DNA of 64,000 nt from the NCBI RefSeq assembly GCF_006345805.1, contig NC_043011.1, positions 33,120,464 through 33,184,463 of the forward strand. Direction: 5' to 3'. The position numbers and the translations under genes were made by a program. Positions 12,520-25,626 of this stretch are shown one piece after another (position 1 is the stretch's first letter; each line of letters opens with the position of its first letter). Origin of the DNA: Octopus sinensis (taxonomy: Eukaryota). The notes under the pieces were generated by a model. The model made no database searches and was not told the origin of the DNA. It was given only the letters and a program-made list of their open reading frames with translations.

Positions 12520-14230
12520 GACAGTATTGATGCTTTGTTTCCTCATATTATCCATGCAGTCACCACACGAAACTTGGGGTAGCTGTAACCACTTAACCAA
12601 GTAACGATGCTTTACTACTTACTGAGGATGTGTTCTTTGCTGTCAGCCTTGGTTCTTCTTTCACATTATATCCATGATGATGCATTCTCTGCTTCCCCCT
12701 GGAGTTTGCAAATCACTGCTCTACTCACCTTTGTAAGTCTAATGCAAACCATATTGTTTAATGTGGGTCTAGTTACAAATTGTCATCTCATTTCTACAGG
12801 TAGCACCATGAGCTATCATCCTCGTGCCCCATACAGCTACTGAAGTCCTTCATATTTTAGGCCCTTCTTTTTATGTGCCTACTCCATGTTGCCTTTCCAT
12901 GGCACTATCAGCTCAACACACAAGACTACTTTTTTTTATTAAATCAGACTATACCACAATGTCAGAGTATTCTCTCAGAGAGAGAATCTCATCGTTTCCA
13001 GTTGAGATAATAACCCCCTGAAATTTTACCACTGCTTTGGGAATATCCATCTCCACAGTAAATTAGGTCTCATAGCTATCAACTATTTATAGAAAACCTT
13101 CCAAACATTTAAGCCTTTATTTCATGGGTATCCCTGCTGTTAATTACTCCTATGCACAGTTTTTCTTCTCAGTCAACCTGCCTATGATTCTGCTGCATCT
13201 CTTGTACACCCACAGTATACATTTGATAGGGAGTAATACTTTTTATCGCTTATTCAGTATAGCTTTATCTCTGATATAAGTAGAGTCTTGTCTTCTTTCC
13301 AGCTTAAAACTTTTGTCATTGCTTTGTTTACTTTGAGACTTTTTAGTTCTAGGTTTTGCTTCTTCATTTGGAATTTCTTTTTCAATTCTTTGACAAATTC
13401 AGCTCCAAGAACCAGGTCATCAGCATATAGATGTTCTTATAGATGACCAAGCATAAACTCCTCTCTTATGGCTTAGAAATAAACAAGAGAGGGCTGAGAA
13501 CTTGGCCTTGATTGACTCCTATCAGCATTCGTTTTGAACTCATTGCTAACTCTCATTTTGCTGACAGCATCTTTGTGGATGACTTGATTGGCTCTCAAGA
13601 CATTCATGTACACCTTTTCTTAGTGACTACCAAACCACAAAGTCTGGTACCCAATCAAAAGCCTTCTCCATATCAATATATTCTAAATATAGTGTGTTTA
13701 CTCTTAACCACAAACTTCTTCAATTGTCTCTCTAGGAAGAGAGTACTGGTAGTGCTCTGAACATTAATCCAAACTGCATCTCACCTAAGCTACTTTTCTT
13801 CCTAATTTGTTGTGCTATAGCTATTTGTATTTTCATAACCTGGTCCAATAATTTGATGCTTCTACAGTTGTTAATAATAAGGTTTCTCCTCTCTGATTGA
13901 TTATGTGAGCGACTAGCTTGTGATGTACTTCACTGGATATTTTCTATATCTTAGTAGTGATCTCTGGTTAGCCAACTACTTTACTTACTTTCATAGCCTT
14001 AATCACACGTTCAAAAATACAGCTGTTACTTCAGTAGCTGGTCTGTTTGTCTGTGTCTACATGGGATAAATTTGCTCACTTCCATGTGCATTCTCCACAT
14101 TCAGCAACCTTTCCTAGTAACATAGTAAAATTTCCATACTTCTTTCTTCTTGGGATCTGTGAAAGCAAGTGCATCACCATCATTCTATTCACACTTTTCA
14201 CTTTTCCTCAGTGACATAATCCTAGTTAAA
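12520..14230 (-). pseudogene. Decayed RTE-clade LINE RT remnant in DCAKD intron 1
   Basis: The reverse complement encodes DMEKAFDWVP (about 13650) and LYADDLVL (about 13420) amid stops and frameshifts. Confidence 0.75.
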
Positions 14231-16018
14231 CTGTATCTAAAATAAAGATGAGACAGCCACAACTGGAATGCCTTTGATCATTGAGCCTGCTAACTCTCTT
14301 AGGGATGATCTGAGGTTAGACAATGACAACAACACTGTCTTTGAATCATGAATAATACATTTGTTGGGGATCACATTTAGTTATTTGACTGACAAACTGC
14401 ATACCATGAATCTGTCTGATCAGAGCTGGCTTGGGGCTACACAGCAACATCATCATTTTATTTGATGGTTTGCTCATTCAGGATTGACCAAAATATATAC
14501 CACAGAATAACGTTTACACTAATTGCTTTTAAATTTCCTTTATACATCTCTTGAATATCTATTATATAAAATCCGTTCTGTGTGTGTCTTCCAGGATCTC
14601 AGGCATCCTCGATCCGATTGTGCTCAAATTTGGTATGTAGATACCAATGGTATCAGGGCATGTATAAGTCTTGAAAAAATTACAAAATCAATTCCAGGTG
14701 AGAATGTGATTGATAAAGCCGTGGGAACGTGCATTTGTACTTGCAAGTACATCAGCTGTTGAGATCAATTCTACGTGTATGTGAGAAAAATGCATGTGCA
14801 GTTTGCACAAAAAAAGCCGGCTGGCTTGAAATAATGCCACAAAATGCAGTATATTTAAGAGACCAAAAAAGTAAGATGCAAAAGAGATATTTTCTTCAAA
14901 CTTGGCATGAAGAAAGGAAAGACTATTTCTTTTTGCCTTAACTTCATTTAACAAAACCAAAAATTTTATTGAAATAAAGACATGCTTAATTATTTTTTAA
15001 TGAAAAGAAAACACTGATTGCTTTTTATTCAGCAGCTATGATTCAGCACCATCCATTGGACGGGCGGCGGGTGTTTTGCTCGTCTCTCATAAATTGTGTA
15101 TCTTTACACAACACTCTGTCTTGCTTACAAGACAATAGAATATTGCATGACACGACAATTCAGTGCATAGACAATTCAGCACAGGGCATCTTATTGACCT
15201 TGGGTACTATGCGTAGCTTTAATACTGAGATTGAAAGGCAGGAGCGAATTATGCCTACCTAATCTACAAAAAAATTTAATGTTTTACATTTTATGCATAG
15301 TAATCAGCGTAACCTTCATAATTTTATTGAATTAGGTGCATATTTTGCCAGAAAAGGAAAAATATTGCTATCAATCAATTTTATTCAGGGTAGGCACTGC
15401 CTACCTTGCCTACCCAGGCAGCACATCCCTGGTTTTGTATGGGTGTGTGTATATATGTTTGTTTTTTGCTGGTGTTTGTTTCATGTATATGTGTGCTTTT
15501 TACTTATTTATAGTTAATCTATTCTATGACTGCTGTGTTGGTAGGTTGCATGTCCATGTGTTTTAGATACATGACAAACACCAATATAATGTAATAATAA
15601 ATTACATTTATTACATGCACTGAATTGTTGATACTCCAGAATATTGAACTGTCCAACCCTTTTTTCTTAATCCTTTAATTGTGGAATTAAATTTTATTGT
15701 TATTCTGATAATGATGTTAAACATCTGCCAAAAATAATAAAATTGATATTTTCTGCAAATCGTGTTACCTCTATAAGCTTGGTCATTTATCATCATCATT
15801 ATTTAATGTCTGTTTTCCATGCTGGCATGGGTTGAAAGGTTAGACAGGAGCTGTTTTATATCCTGGTGTCAATGCTAAAGACTGAGCTATTTTAACTGGA
15901 TTATTTCAAGCAATTTATTTACTTATGTAATTATTAAATAATCAAATTTCACCGATTTCTTTTTAATATTTTTCTTTTTGTCATTTGAAAATCTATTTTT
16001 TTCTGTTTCAATATTTAG

Positions 16019-16222
16019 TTCTGAAACCTGGAGGAGCTGGATGGAAAAAAATCAAGAAATATTTTGGACCTGAAGCCTTTCTTGATAATGGTGAACTTAA
16101 TCGCAGGTACATTGCCAACCTTACATTTAGTAAACCTGAAAAAAATCAGCTCTTTATCATGTTGATCCAGCCCCTGATCCGGAGTCATATAATGTGGAAA
16201 GTCGTAAGGTTGTTTATCTGTG
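16019..16222 (+). CDS. DCAKD: DCAKD-like coding exon 2
   Basis: Acceptor tttag; (I)LKPGGAGWKKIKKYFGPEAFLDNGELNRR..LIQPLIR..ICG; donor gtaagt at 16223; phase 1/1. Confidence 0.9.
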
Positions 16223-16762
16223 GTAAGTACTCTTGTTTTCTTTGTACTATTTAGTTTAGTACTTCTTTCAGCTTTACATTCTGTGTTCAAATGCAACCGA
16301 GGTTGACTTTACCTTTCAGATGTCAATAAAACAATTGCCAGTCAACTACTGAAGTCAATGTTATTCTTGTGCCCCTTCCCCAAGAAATTGTTGGCTTTAT
16401 GTCAAAATTAGAAAGAATATACTTAGTTTAACACCAGGTCAGTGGATTGGTAGTATTGTTACAGCATCAGAAAAAATACCTTGCAGTAATTATTCCAGTT
16501 CATTACAGGGTCAGCTTTGCATTTCATTCTTTCAGGGTTGATAAATTAAATTCCAGTCAAGTTACTGGGTCAACTTAATGATTTGATTGGCTAACTATTT
16601 CTCCCAAAAGTTCAGGGTTCGTACTTGTGTTTGAAGCAATTATTTGGGTTAGTACCTATTTTATTAGGGTTTAAGACATTTTGGCATATCTGTTTTGGTG
16701 CTGCTTATTTGGCATCTCTGATTCGATGCTGACCTATCTGACATCAGACATTTATTACTCTT

Positions 16763-17155
16763 TACTCTTTTACTTGTTTCAGTCATTTGACTGCGGCTAT
16801 ACTGGAGCACCGCCTTAGTCGAGCAACTCGACCCCGGGACTTATTCTTTGTAAGCCCAGTACTTATTCTATCGGTCTCGTTTGCCGAACCGCTAAGTGAC
16901 GGGGACGTAAACATACCAGCATCGGTTGTCAAGCAATGCTAGGGGGACAAACACAGACACACAAATACACACACACACACACATATATATACGACAGGCT
17001 TCTTTCAGTTTCCGTCTTCCAAATCCACTCACAAGGCATTGGTCGGCCCGGGGCTATATCAGAAGACACTTGCCCAAGATGCCATGCTGTGAGACTGAAC
17101 CCGGAACCATGTGGTTGGTTAGCAAGCTACTTACCATACAGCCACTCCTGCGCCT
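16763..17155 (-). mobile_element. Full-length tRNA-derived SINE
   Basis: tRNA-like head (ggcgcaggagtggctgtatggtaag..ccgggttcagtc), internal (TA/CA) tract, and tail ..gactgaaacaagtaaaagagtaaagag. Confidence 0.85.
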
Positions 17156-19134
17156 TCTTATTTTAATATTTTTCTTATGCTCTCTGTTTACATGTGCAAA
17201 TGTATTTCCCTTTGTATATGAAGAGAGGGAAAATATTTATGTCAGGTGTGTTCAATAATTTAATTATGCTATCTCTCTATCTCTCCCTCCCTCTGTCTCT
17301 AAGTGTATATTTCTACATCATCGTCATCATCATCATCGTTTAACGTCCGCTTTCCATGCTAGCATGGGTTGGACAATTTGACTGAGGACTGGAGAACCAG
17401 ATGGCTGCACTAGGCTCCAATCTGATCTGGCAGAGTTTCTACAGCTGGATGCCCTTCCTAACGCCAACCACTCTGAGAGTGTAGTGGGTGCTTTTACGTG
17501 CCATTGGCATGAGGGCCAGACAGGCAGTACTGGCAGCGGCCACGCTCAAATGATGCTTTTTACACGCCACCTGTATAAGAGCCAGTCCAGTGGCACTGGC
17601 AACCACCTTGCTCGAATGTTTTTTCATGTGGCACCGGCACAAGTGCCAGTAAGGTTATGCTGGTAGCGATCATGCTCGAATGGTACTTTTTACGTGCAGT
17701 GTGCATATGTGTGTTTGCCTTCAGTGCCTATTAGTACTGTTCCAAAACCAATTTCAGTGTCCAGTCAGCTGTTCCAAACCACCAGCATCTAAACAGCAAC
17801 ACCCAGTTGTCTGGTTTTGATTTTATTAGCTATTTTCACTGTCTTCTACAGATACAGGCGTGTCAAAGTGGTTGGCATTAGGAAGGGCATCCAGCCATAG
17901 AAACCATGCCACAAGAAACAATCGGACTCTGGACAGCTCCCTGCTAGCCAGCTCCATGTCAAACCGTCCAACCCATGCCTGCATGGAAAGCAGGCATCAA
18001 ACGTGATGATGATGACATGATGATGATAATGGTTTTAAGGGACTGAAACCATTGTGCTCATCAGTTGTCTTTGTGTGGTGACACAGCCAGCATTATAGCA
18101 TAGGATCTGGTTCAGTGTTACATCTTGACAGATTCTTACTTGTGCATTACAGCACATGTGATGGGAGCTAAAACACAAAACAAGTGTGCCCTATATCTTT
18201 AGAATTGGATGTACTGAATATGAATAATGTTTGTGCATGTAAAATGTTCCAGGTTTTACTTTTGTCTTCATCTGTTGTTGTGGCAGCAAGCTGACAGAAT
18301 CATTACACGAAATGTCTTGGGGTAGTTCTTCCAAATTTTTACATTCTGAGTTCAGTTCCTGTGGGGTCAAAGGCTGCATGCAAGCTATCATAATCATTAG
18401 GATGTTGTACAAAATACCTTGGAGTATTTCTTCACCTATGGGATTAATTTTGTCTTTCATCCCTCTGGGTTTCATGTCAAAATGAAGTATTGGGATTATT
18501 GATATCAAGTACTGTGATTTTTAATATCAACTAACCCTTCCCTCCAAATTTGCTGGCCTTGTGCTTAAATCAAAAACCATTTTTCTATGATTATTAAAAA
18601 TAAAATACCTGTCAAGTACTGGAGATGACGGTATTAACTCACTCTCTTCTCTCAGAATTGCTCATCTTTTGCTTAAACTGGAGACTATTACTATTACTTT
18701 GTCATGTAGTGTAGATGAAAAATGCATGGGAGTATTTAGTTAGCAGTCAAGTCACAACAAGGACCTCAGACAGGTAATACTTTCCTTAAAATGTGTGCAG
18801 TTCCTAATGAAACTGATTGTTGTATGACACTAATTTTGCAAAGTATTCCCAACCTCTTTAAAAATTCTCTTGAAGTTTCAGTAGAATTGACCCTATTATT
18901 GTACAAGGCAGCAACCTGGCAGAATCATTAACATGCTGGGCAAAATGCTAAGCAGTATTTCATCCATCATCATCAGGTTCTGAGTTCAAATTCTGCAGAG
19001 GTCAGCTTCGCCTTTCATCCTTTCAGGGTCGATAAAATAAGTACCAATCATGTATTGATGTTGATGTAATTGACTACCCCCACCCCCAAATTTCAGGCTT
19101 TGTGCCTATAGTAGAAAGGATTATTATTATTATT

Positions 19135-19688
19135 GAGTGAGAGAGCAGTGCATGCCATCAAAGTGACACTGGGGTAAAATATACGAAGCTCAGTATACCC
19201 ATCATGACTACCTGTCTGATAAGGGTACACCGGGCACATGCATCACAACCATATGTGCGCAACATGGTGATCTCATATCAAGATAAACAGCTCATGACCT
19301 TGCAGGTCATGTCGCAGTTAGAATTTTCTTCTGGTCGAGTAACCCATCCCGCTTAAAAGGTCCCTGAATAAGGATTGTTTAAGGATGTTGAATGAAACAC
19401 CCATGTTTCCAGGGGTGAATTATTCAAACCCCAAAGAATCCTTCTCGACACATGGCTATGATGCTCCCCCACTACTTCTGCTCGTGATCAGAGATGCACA
19501 TAACGTCAGCCACTAAGGGACATGCTCAACTGGTTAGGGTCAAACAGCTGACAAGCAAATCTGTGGTATTGAGCAGAATATTTGCTGTAGCCCATCTTTT
19601 ATACCAAGACAAAACAATGTACATGATAACACTTCCAATCAGTTAAGATCAGAAGTCACGAGAACCACTGCCTGGTACTGCATCAGGG

Positions 19689-19690
<2 letters not shown>
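19135..19690. mobile_element. About 550-bp dispersed element embedded in (ATT)n, copy 1
   Basis: Near-identical to 45965-46496 with the same two ends (gagtgagagagcagtgcatgcc ... gtactgcatcagggca); ATT repeats on both sides. Confidence 0.85.
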
Positions 19691-19736
<46 letters not shown>

Positions 19737-20299
19737 CATCATCATCATCATTGCAAGGGTGGTGGACTGGCCAAATCATTAGAGCATTGGAAAAAATAAT
19801 TTTGCAGTGTTTGTTTCAATTACTTAGATACTGAGCTCAAATCCTGCTGAAGTCAACTTTGCCTTTCATTCTGCCGGTGGGTGGTGTTCGATAAAATGAA
19901 AGTACCAGTCGAGTACTGGAATCAAAGTTATCAACTATAGCACCTCCTTTCAAATTCCTAAACCTTGTACCTAAATCTGAAACCATCATCATCACATAAA
20001 AGTGGACCCATGATGGTGACAAGTAAAAGACAGTACACTCTGTGAAGTGGTTGGCATTAGGAAGGGCATCCAGCTGTAAAAACCATACCAAAGCAGAAAA
20101 TTGGAGCCTGCTGCAGCTCTCCAGCTTACCAGCTCCAGTCAATCTGTCTAACCTATACCAGTAAGGAAAACAGACTTTAAATCATGATGATGATGATGAT
20201 CTATTTTTTATGTTCTGAGTTCAAATGCCGCCAAGGTCAACTTTGTGTTTCATCCCTTCATGGTTGATGAAAAAGTACCAGCTGAGCACTGAGGTCAAG

Positions 20300-21880
20300 G
20301 AACTCGCATTGAGGGCTGGGAAGAAGATGCAGTCTTCAGAAGTGGTACCATCAGGCGGTGTACACTGTGAATCCTAATCAGCTGGAGTGCTTCTTTCAGC
20401 ATCTACTGCTGCACACTGTCAGAGGTCCTACATTATTCACAGGCCTTCGAAGACACACTGGGGGAGTCTGCATGACCTACACAGAAGCCTACGCCAAACA
20501 TGGACTATTGGAAGATGATGCTCACTAGGACCAGACTTTGGAGAAGTCAGCAGAGCACCAAGTCAGCTGTGCCAGATATTTTCTATCATGTTGATGACAT
20601 GTGGCTTGGGTGAACCTCTCCAGCTTTGGGTGACCCACAAAAGCAGCATGGCAGAAGACATCCTAGGAAGGATTCAAAGGCAAACCTCATTCAATAATGC
20701 CATTTACAGTGAGGTATTACTTGACCTGCACACTCGTGCAAGCTATGGGAGGTTAAGGCATTGCCACATTTGGTCTGCCTCAACTGGAGCAGGCAGTAAT
20801 CTCGCAATTGAGTACCTGGGAGAAATCAGCTATGACACCGAGGAAATGATGGCGTATGTAGCTGATAATGAACACAATCTGATGGAGGACCAACTGGGTG
20901 TTTATAAGACCATTATTTCGAGCATTGAAAGTGAAAGAGGAAGTCTTTTCTTTTTGGATGCTCCAGCTGGAAGTAGCAAGACATTTGTCATCAACTTTTT
21001 TTCTGGCTAAACTGCACCAAATGAAACGCATTGCCATGGCAGTGGCATCAGGTGGAATAGCTGCAACTCTGCTAAGTGGTGGCTGCACAGCTCATTCCTG
21101 TTTCAAACTCCCTTTGGACCTGTCCAAGAAAGAGAAGGCAAACTGCTGCATCAGTCGTGGTTCTATAAAAGGCAAACTTCTGGGTGAATGCAGGTTGATC
21201 ATCGGGGATGAGGCGACAATGAGCCATAAGGTTTCCTTTGAAGCTTTTGACATGGCCCCTCAGGATCTGAGACACATCATTAGGCTCATGGGAAGTGCCA
21301 CAGTCTTGCATGCAAGAGACTTTAGACAAACCCTTCTTGTGGTTCCAAAGGGGACAAGAGCTGACGAGGTAAATGTCAGCATAAAGTCCTACCTAGGGAG
21401 CAGTGTGCAAAAGCTGAGACTTGCAACCAACATGAGAGTGCAGCTCAGTGGTGATGATGCATATAGAACCTTTTCAAAGCAACAGATGGACATGGGTAAT
21501 GGCACTTAGGTTGGCAAGAAGGATGGCTGGGTAAAGTTGCTTTTTGGACATATGGTATCTGATTTAAAGGAACTAATAAATAAGGTGTTACTTAACCCGA
21601 GAAATCAGTTTACAGATCACAGCTGGCTGAAAATCCGTGCCATTTTAGCTCCAAAGAATGGGGCAGTTGATGATTTGAACATTAAACTTCAGGTGAGCAT
21701 CACATCTACAATTCCATTGACATTGTACTTAACATTGATGAAGCTGTGAATTATCCTGTTGAATTCTTAAATAGTCTAACACCACCCGGCCTGCCACCTC
21801 ACAACTTGTACCTCTAGATTGGGCACCAGTGTTACTTCTTTGAAACCTTGATCCACCAAAGTTTTGCAATGGCACACTAC
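20300..21880 (+). pseudogene. Decayed Helitron Rep/PIF1-like helicase fragment
   Basis: FFLDAPAGSSKTF (degenerate Walker A), AVASGGIAATLL.GG.TAHS.FKLP, IIGDEATM, DFRQTL and AILAPKN spread over frameshifted ORFs. Confidence 0.85.
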
Positions 21881-22082
21881 TTATAATAAAGAATTTTAAT
21901 TTTGTTTAATTTTGATTAATTTTTTGGGGTTGTTTGGACTTCTTTTTCTTTTACCCAAAAGAATTAGTCATTTAACTCAGTGATTCGCAAAGTGACAAAT
22001 ACCTCTCCCACCCTGTCTTTTATCTTTTACATGTTCTAGTCATTGACTGTGGCCATGCTGGGGCACCACCTTGAAGGGTTTA

Positions 22083-22334
22083 ATAAAAAAATAAATGCGC
22101 CCTTTTAAAGCCTAGCCAGGCTCATGGGCCCGGTTTCTATGGCGTATGTGTTCCCCAGCTGGACGGGACGCCAGTCCATCGCAGCGTTACTCATTTTTGC
22201 CAGCTGAGTGGACTGGAGCAACGTGAAATGAAGTGTTTTGCTCAAGAACACAATGCATCGCCCGGTCCAGGAATCGAAACCACAATCTTCCGGTCATGGT
22301 GCTGACACCCTAACCACTAAGCCACGCGCCTCCA
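22083..22334 (-). mobile_element. tRNA-derived SINE nested in another SINE, with a 16-bp target-site duplication
   Basis: caccttgaagggttta at 22067-22082 and 22335-22350. The minus-strand head has A box (tggcttagtgg) and B box (ggtttcgattcc). Confidence 0.85.
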
Positions 22335-23534
22335 CACCTTGAAGGGTTTAGTCAAACAAATTAACACGAGTACATTTTTTAAAAAATCTGGTACTTATTC
22401 TGAACTATAAAGGTTTCTTTTGCTGAACTGCTAAGCTTTGGGAATGTATACAAACCAACACTGGCTGTCGAGTGGTAGGAGAAGACTGACACAATGTTTA
22501 TCCATTGGAGCAATGAGGATTGTTCAGTCATCCTAGGGAATGACTGATGCATGACGGTTTTATTTCAAGGGTTGCACACTGTCAACCTCATTATCTCATC
22601 CATGACCATCTTCAATCCAGCGGCAAGACCAGGTCATGATGACTGGGGATGGAGATGGATGCAGTGGATGAGCATAATGTCTTACTGCTGTCTGCCCTCA
22701 ACAATGTATAGCTGCAGCACCTTATTTTTCATTGAACCATAAAGGTGTCTTATGGATCCAGGTACATAAGCTCTAATATACTAATTGACCCATAGCTGGG
22801 ACCCTGGCAAGTGCTATTACACTGGGTTAGAGTAGAGCTGAGAACAATAGTGGGTAAGTGGTGGTTTCTCACTCCTCAAAACCCTGGAGCTCCTGAAGCA
22901 GAGTCCCACTACCTGATGCAGTTTAAAGGTCATACCCAAGACACACACACACACACACACACACATGGACTTCCACACAGACTCCATCGATTGGCCTGGG
23001 GCTATTGTAGAAGACACTTGCCCAAGGTGATGTGCAGTGGGACCAAACCTGAAAACATGTTGCTAAGTGAAATTCTTAACCACATAGCCATACCTGCATC
23101 TATATTCTTTATTCTTTTACCTGTTTCAGTCATTTGACTGTTGCCATGCTGGAGCACTGCCTTGAGGGGGTTTTAGTTGAACAAATGTACCCCAGGGCTT
23201 AGCCTAGTGCTTATTCTATCAGTCTCCTTAGGGATGTAAATACACCAACACCAAATGTCAAGCAGTGATGGTGGGGACAAACACAGGCACAAAGACACAC
23301 ACATAGATATATGCGTATATATACAACGGGCTTCTTTTGATTTCCGTCTTTGTAATCAACTCATGATGTTTTGGCTCAAGGAGCCATGCAGTGAGACTGA
23401 ACCCAGAACCATGTCATTGCTAAGCGAGCTTCTTAACCACAAGGCCATACCTGCACCTGTATGTTACTTTTGTAATATTTCTTCCATTCTTTCTGCAATC
23501 TAACAATTTCTTTGAATGTCTCCTTTCATTCCAG

Positions 23535-23622
23535 GCCATCAATTTGTTATAATTAACATTCCATTGTTATATGAAAGTAAGATGATGATGTCCTACATGA
23601 AATACACAATTGTCGTTAACTG
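23535..23622 (+). CDS. DCAKD: DCAKD-like coding exon 3 (88 nt, not in the ORF track)
   Basis: Acceptor cattccag; (G)HQFVIINIPLLYESKMMMSYMKYTIVVN(C); donor gtaagg at 23623; phase 1/2 links exons 2 and 4. Confidence 0.9.
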
Positions 23623-25626
23623 GTAAGGCAACCCATATTTTGATTTCCCTCTTTGCAATTTAATAATGTCCTTCATTGTTTTGGGGTTTTTACAGTATTT
23701 TTCTCAATGTTGATGTAAATGGGAATTATCATTATCACTTAACATCCCTTTTTGTCTTCCTTTTCATTTTCCTTTTGTTTCCCTTTTTGCTTTCCCATTT
23801 ACATGCTGGCACAGGTTGGAATGTTCAATATGAAGAGATATTTCAGAGGGCTATACTAAGTTGTAATGTCTGCTTCAATAGGGTTTTAACAGTTGGATGC
23901 CCTTCCTAATGCCAACCACTTTACAGAGTGTACTGGGTGCTTTTTATGCGGCACCAGCACTGGTATGGTCATCAAATGCCCACAAGACAAATCCCTTCAA
24001 TAGAGTAGGGTATAGAATTGAAGGATAAGAAACTTAGGTAGGCCAACAAGAGCTGGTGTCTAGCTGAAGGTTATGTTTGGAAATTTTAGGTACAAATGGA
24101 ACATACATTTTCAGTTAGATTTCTGTATCCCTTTAGCATTTGGATTAGCCATATCTGGCTCAAATATTCTACATGTTTATGATCGAACCAGCCAGATCTG
24201 TCTTCTCATATGTATCATACAATGGCATTCTAAAAGTAAACAATCACATCTTCCTCTTACATCTGTTTTCTATGCTGGCATGGGTTGGAATGTTTGACTG
24301 AAAACTGGTAAGCTGGAGAGCTGTACCAGGTTCCAATCTGATTTGGCATGGTTTCTACAGCTGGGTACTCTTCCTTCCACCAACCACTCCAAGAGTTTAG
24401 TGGGTGCTTTTTACATACCACCAGCAAGGGTACCAGTTATGTAGCACTGGCATCAGACATGACTATGATCTCACTTGGCTTGACAGATCTTCTCAAGCAT
24501 GGTATATCACTAAAGGTCACTGCCTCTGTGAGGCCCAACATTCGGAGGGTGTTTTTCTATGTGCCACCACTACGGGTGCCAGTTACACGACACTGGCATT
24601 GGCCATGACCCTAATCTCACTGGACTTGACAGGTCTTCTCAAACGCAGTGTGTCACCATCAGCCTTAGTCACTTGTAGATCTCGGTCGTAGAAATTTTGA
24701 AGCTAGGAGATAAAACCTGAATAATTCAAAAGAATGTGACTCAATAAGCTTTATATTTGACATTTAATAATGCTAAGGGGTTCTACAGTAAACATCTTAA
24801 CACTTTTGTTACCATATTTCAGTTGAAATGCACTACCTTTGTTTTTGATAATTTTGAAAATGAGGTAGAATTTAATAAACTAACTTTGTCATTACTAAGC
24901 TAGTGTTTGGGAGATAAATTAGCATGGAATTTTGATGGAAGATTTTAATTTTGATCACTTTAAAGCAAGAAGTTTGTATCATAGAATCTGGGACAGTCTT
25001 GGGAGAGATTGGTACCAAAATGGTTAAATAGCAGCAATTGTAGGGATTTGAGATTTCATTTTTGTGAATTTTGCCTTGTCTAAAAAGTATTTCTTTTTTT
25101 ACATAACAGCAGGATATGCATTAAAGAAGGAACATTCACTATAATAATTACTAATTTAATGCAAACTCATCATTATCATCATCGTTTAACATCTGCTTTC
25201 CATGCTGGTATGGGTTGGACAGTTTGACATGGAGCTGGCTAGCAGGGAGCTGTCCAGACTCCAACTGTCTGTTGTGGCATGGTCTCTATAGCTGGATGCT
25301 CTTCCTAATGTAAAAAAGAAAAAAAAAATAATTATATAAAATAAGAAGAATCTTTCAAAATGCCTAAAATATATCTGAACAGTAAACACAGCAGTACAAG
25401 ATAGTTCTTAGACTCAGGTCTGTTATAATCCTTGGTACTAATACACTATGACAACTGAGTTAATTTTCAGATATAAGCATTTGAGATTGTGTCACATGAG
25501 CACTTTCATCATTAAACAACATCAACAACTGTATAATTAATACATGTCAAAGGATTTTTTCATCTGAGCTTTAACTAACCATGTTAGTGTGTTTGAGTCT
25601 TTTAATGCATATTTGAGCCCAAATAT

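Noticed and set aside
18656-18773. Exon-like segment (ctctcag..cag|gtaat) in DCAKD intron 2
   Set aside because: It has a stop in the required phase, and the real exon 3 is at 23535-23622.
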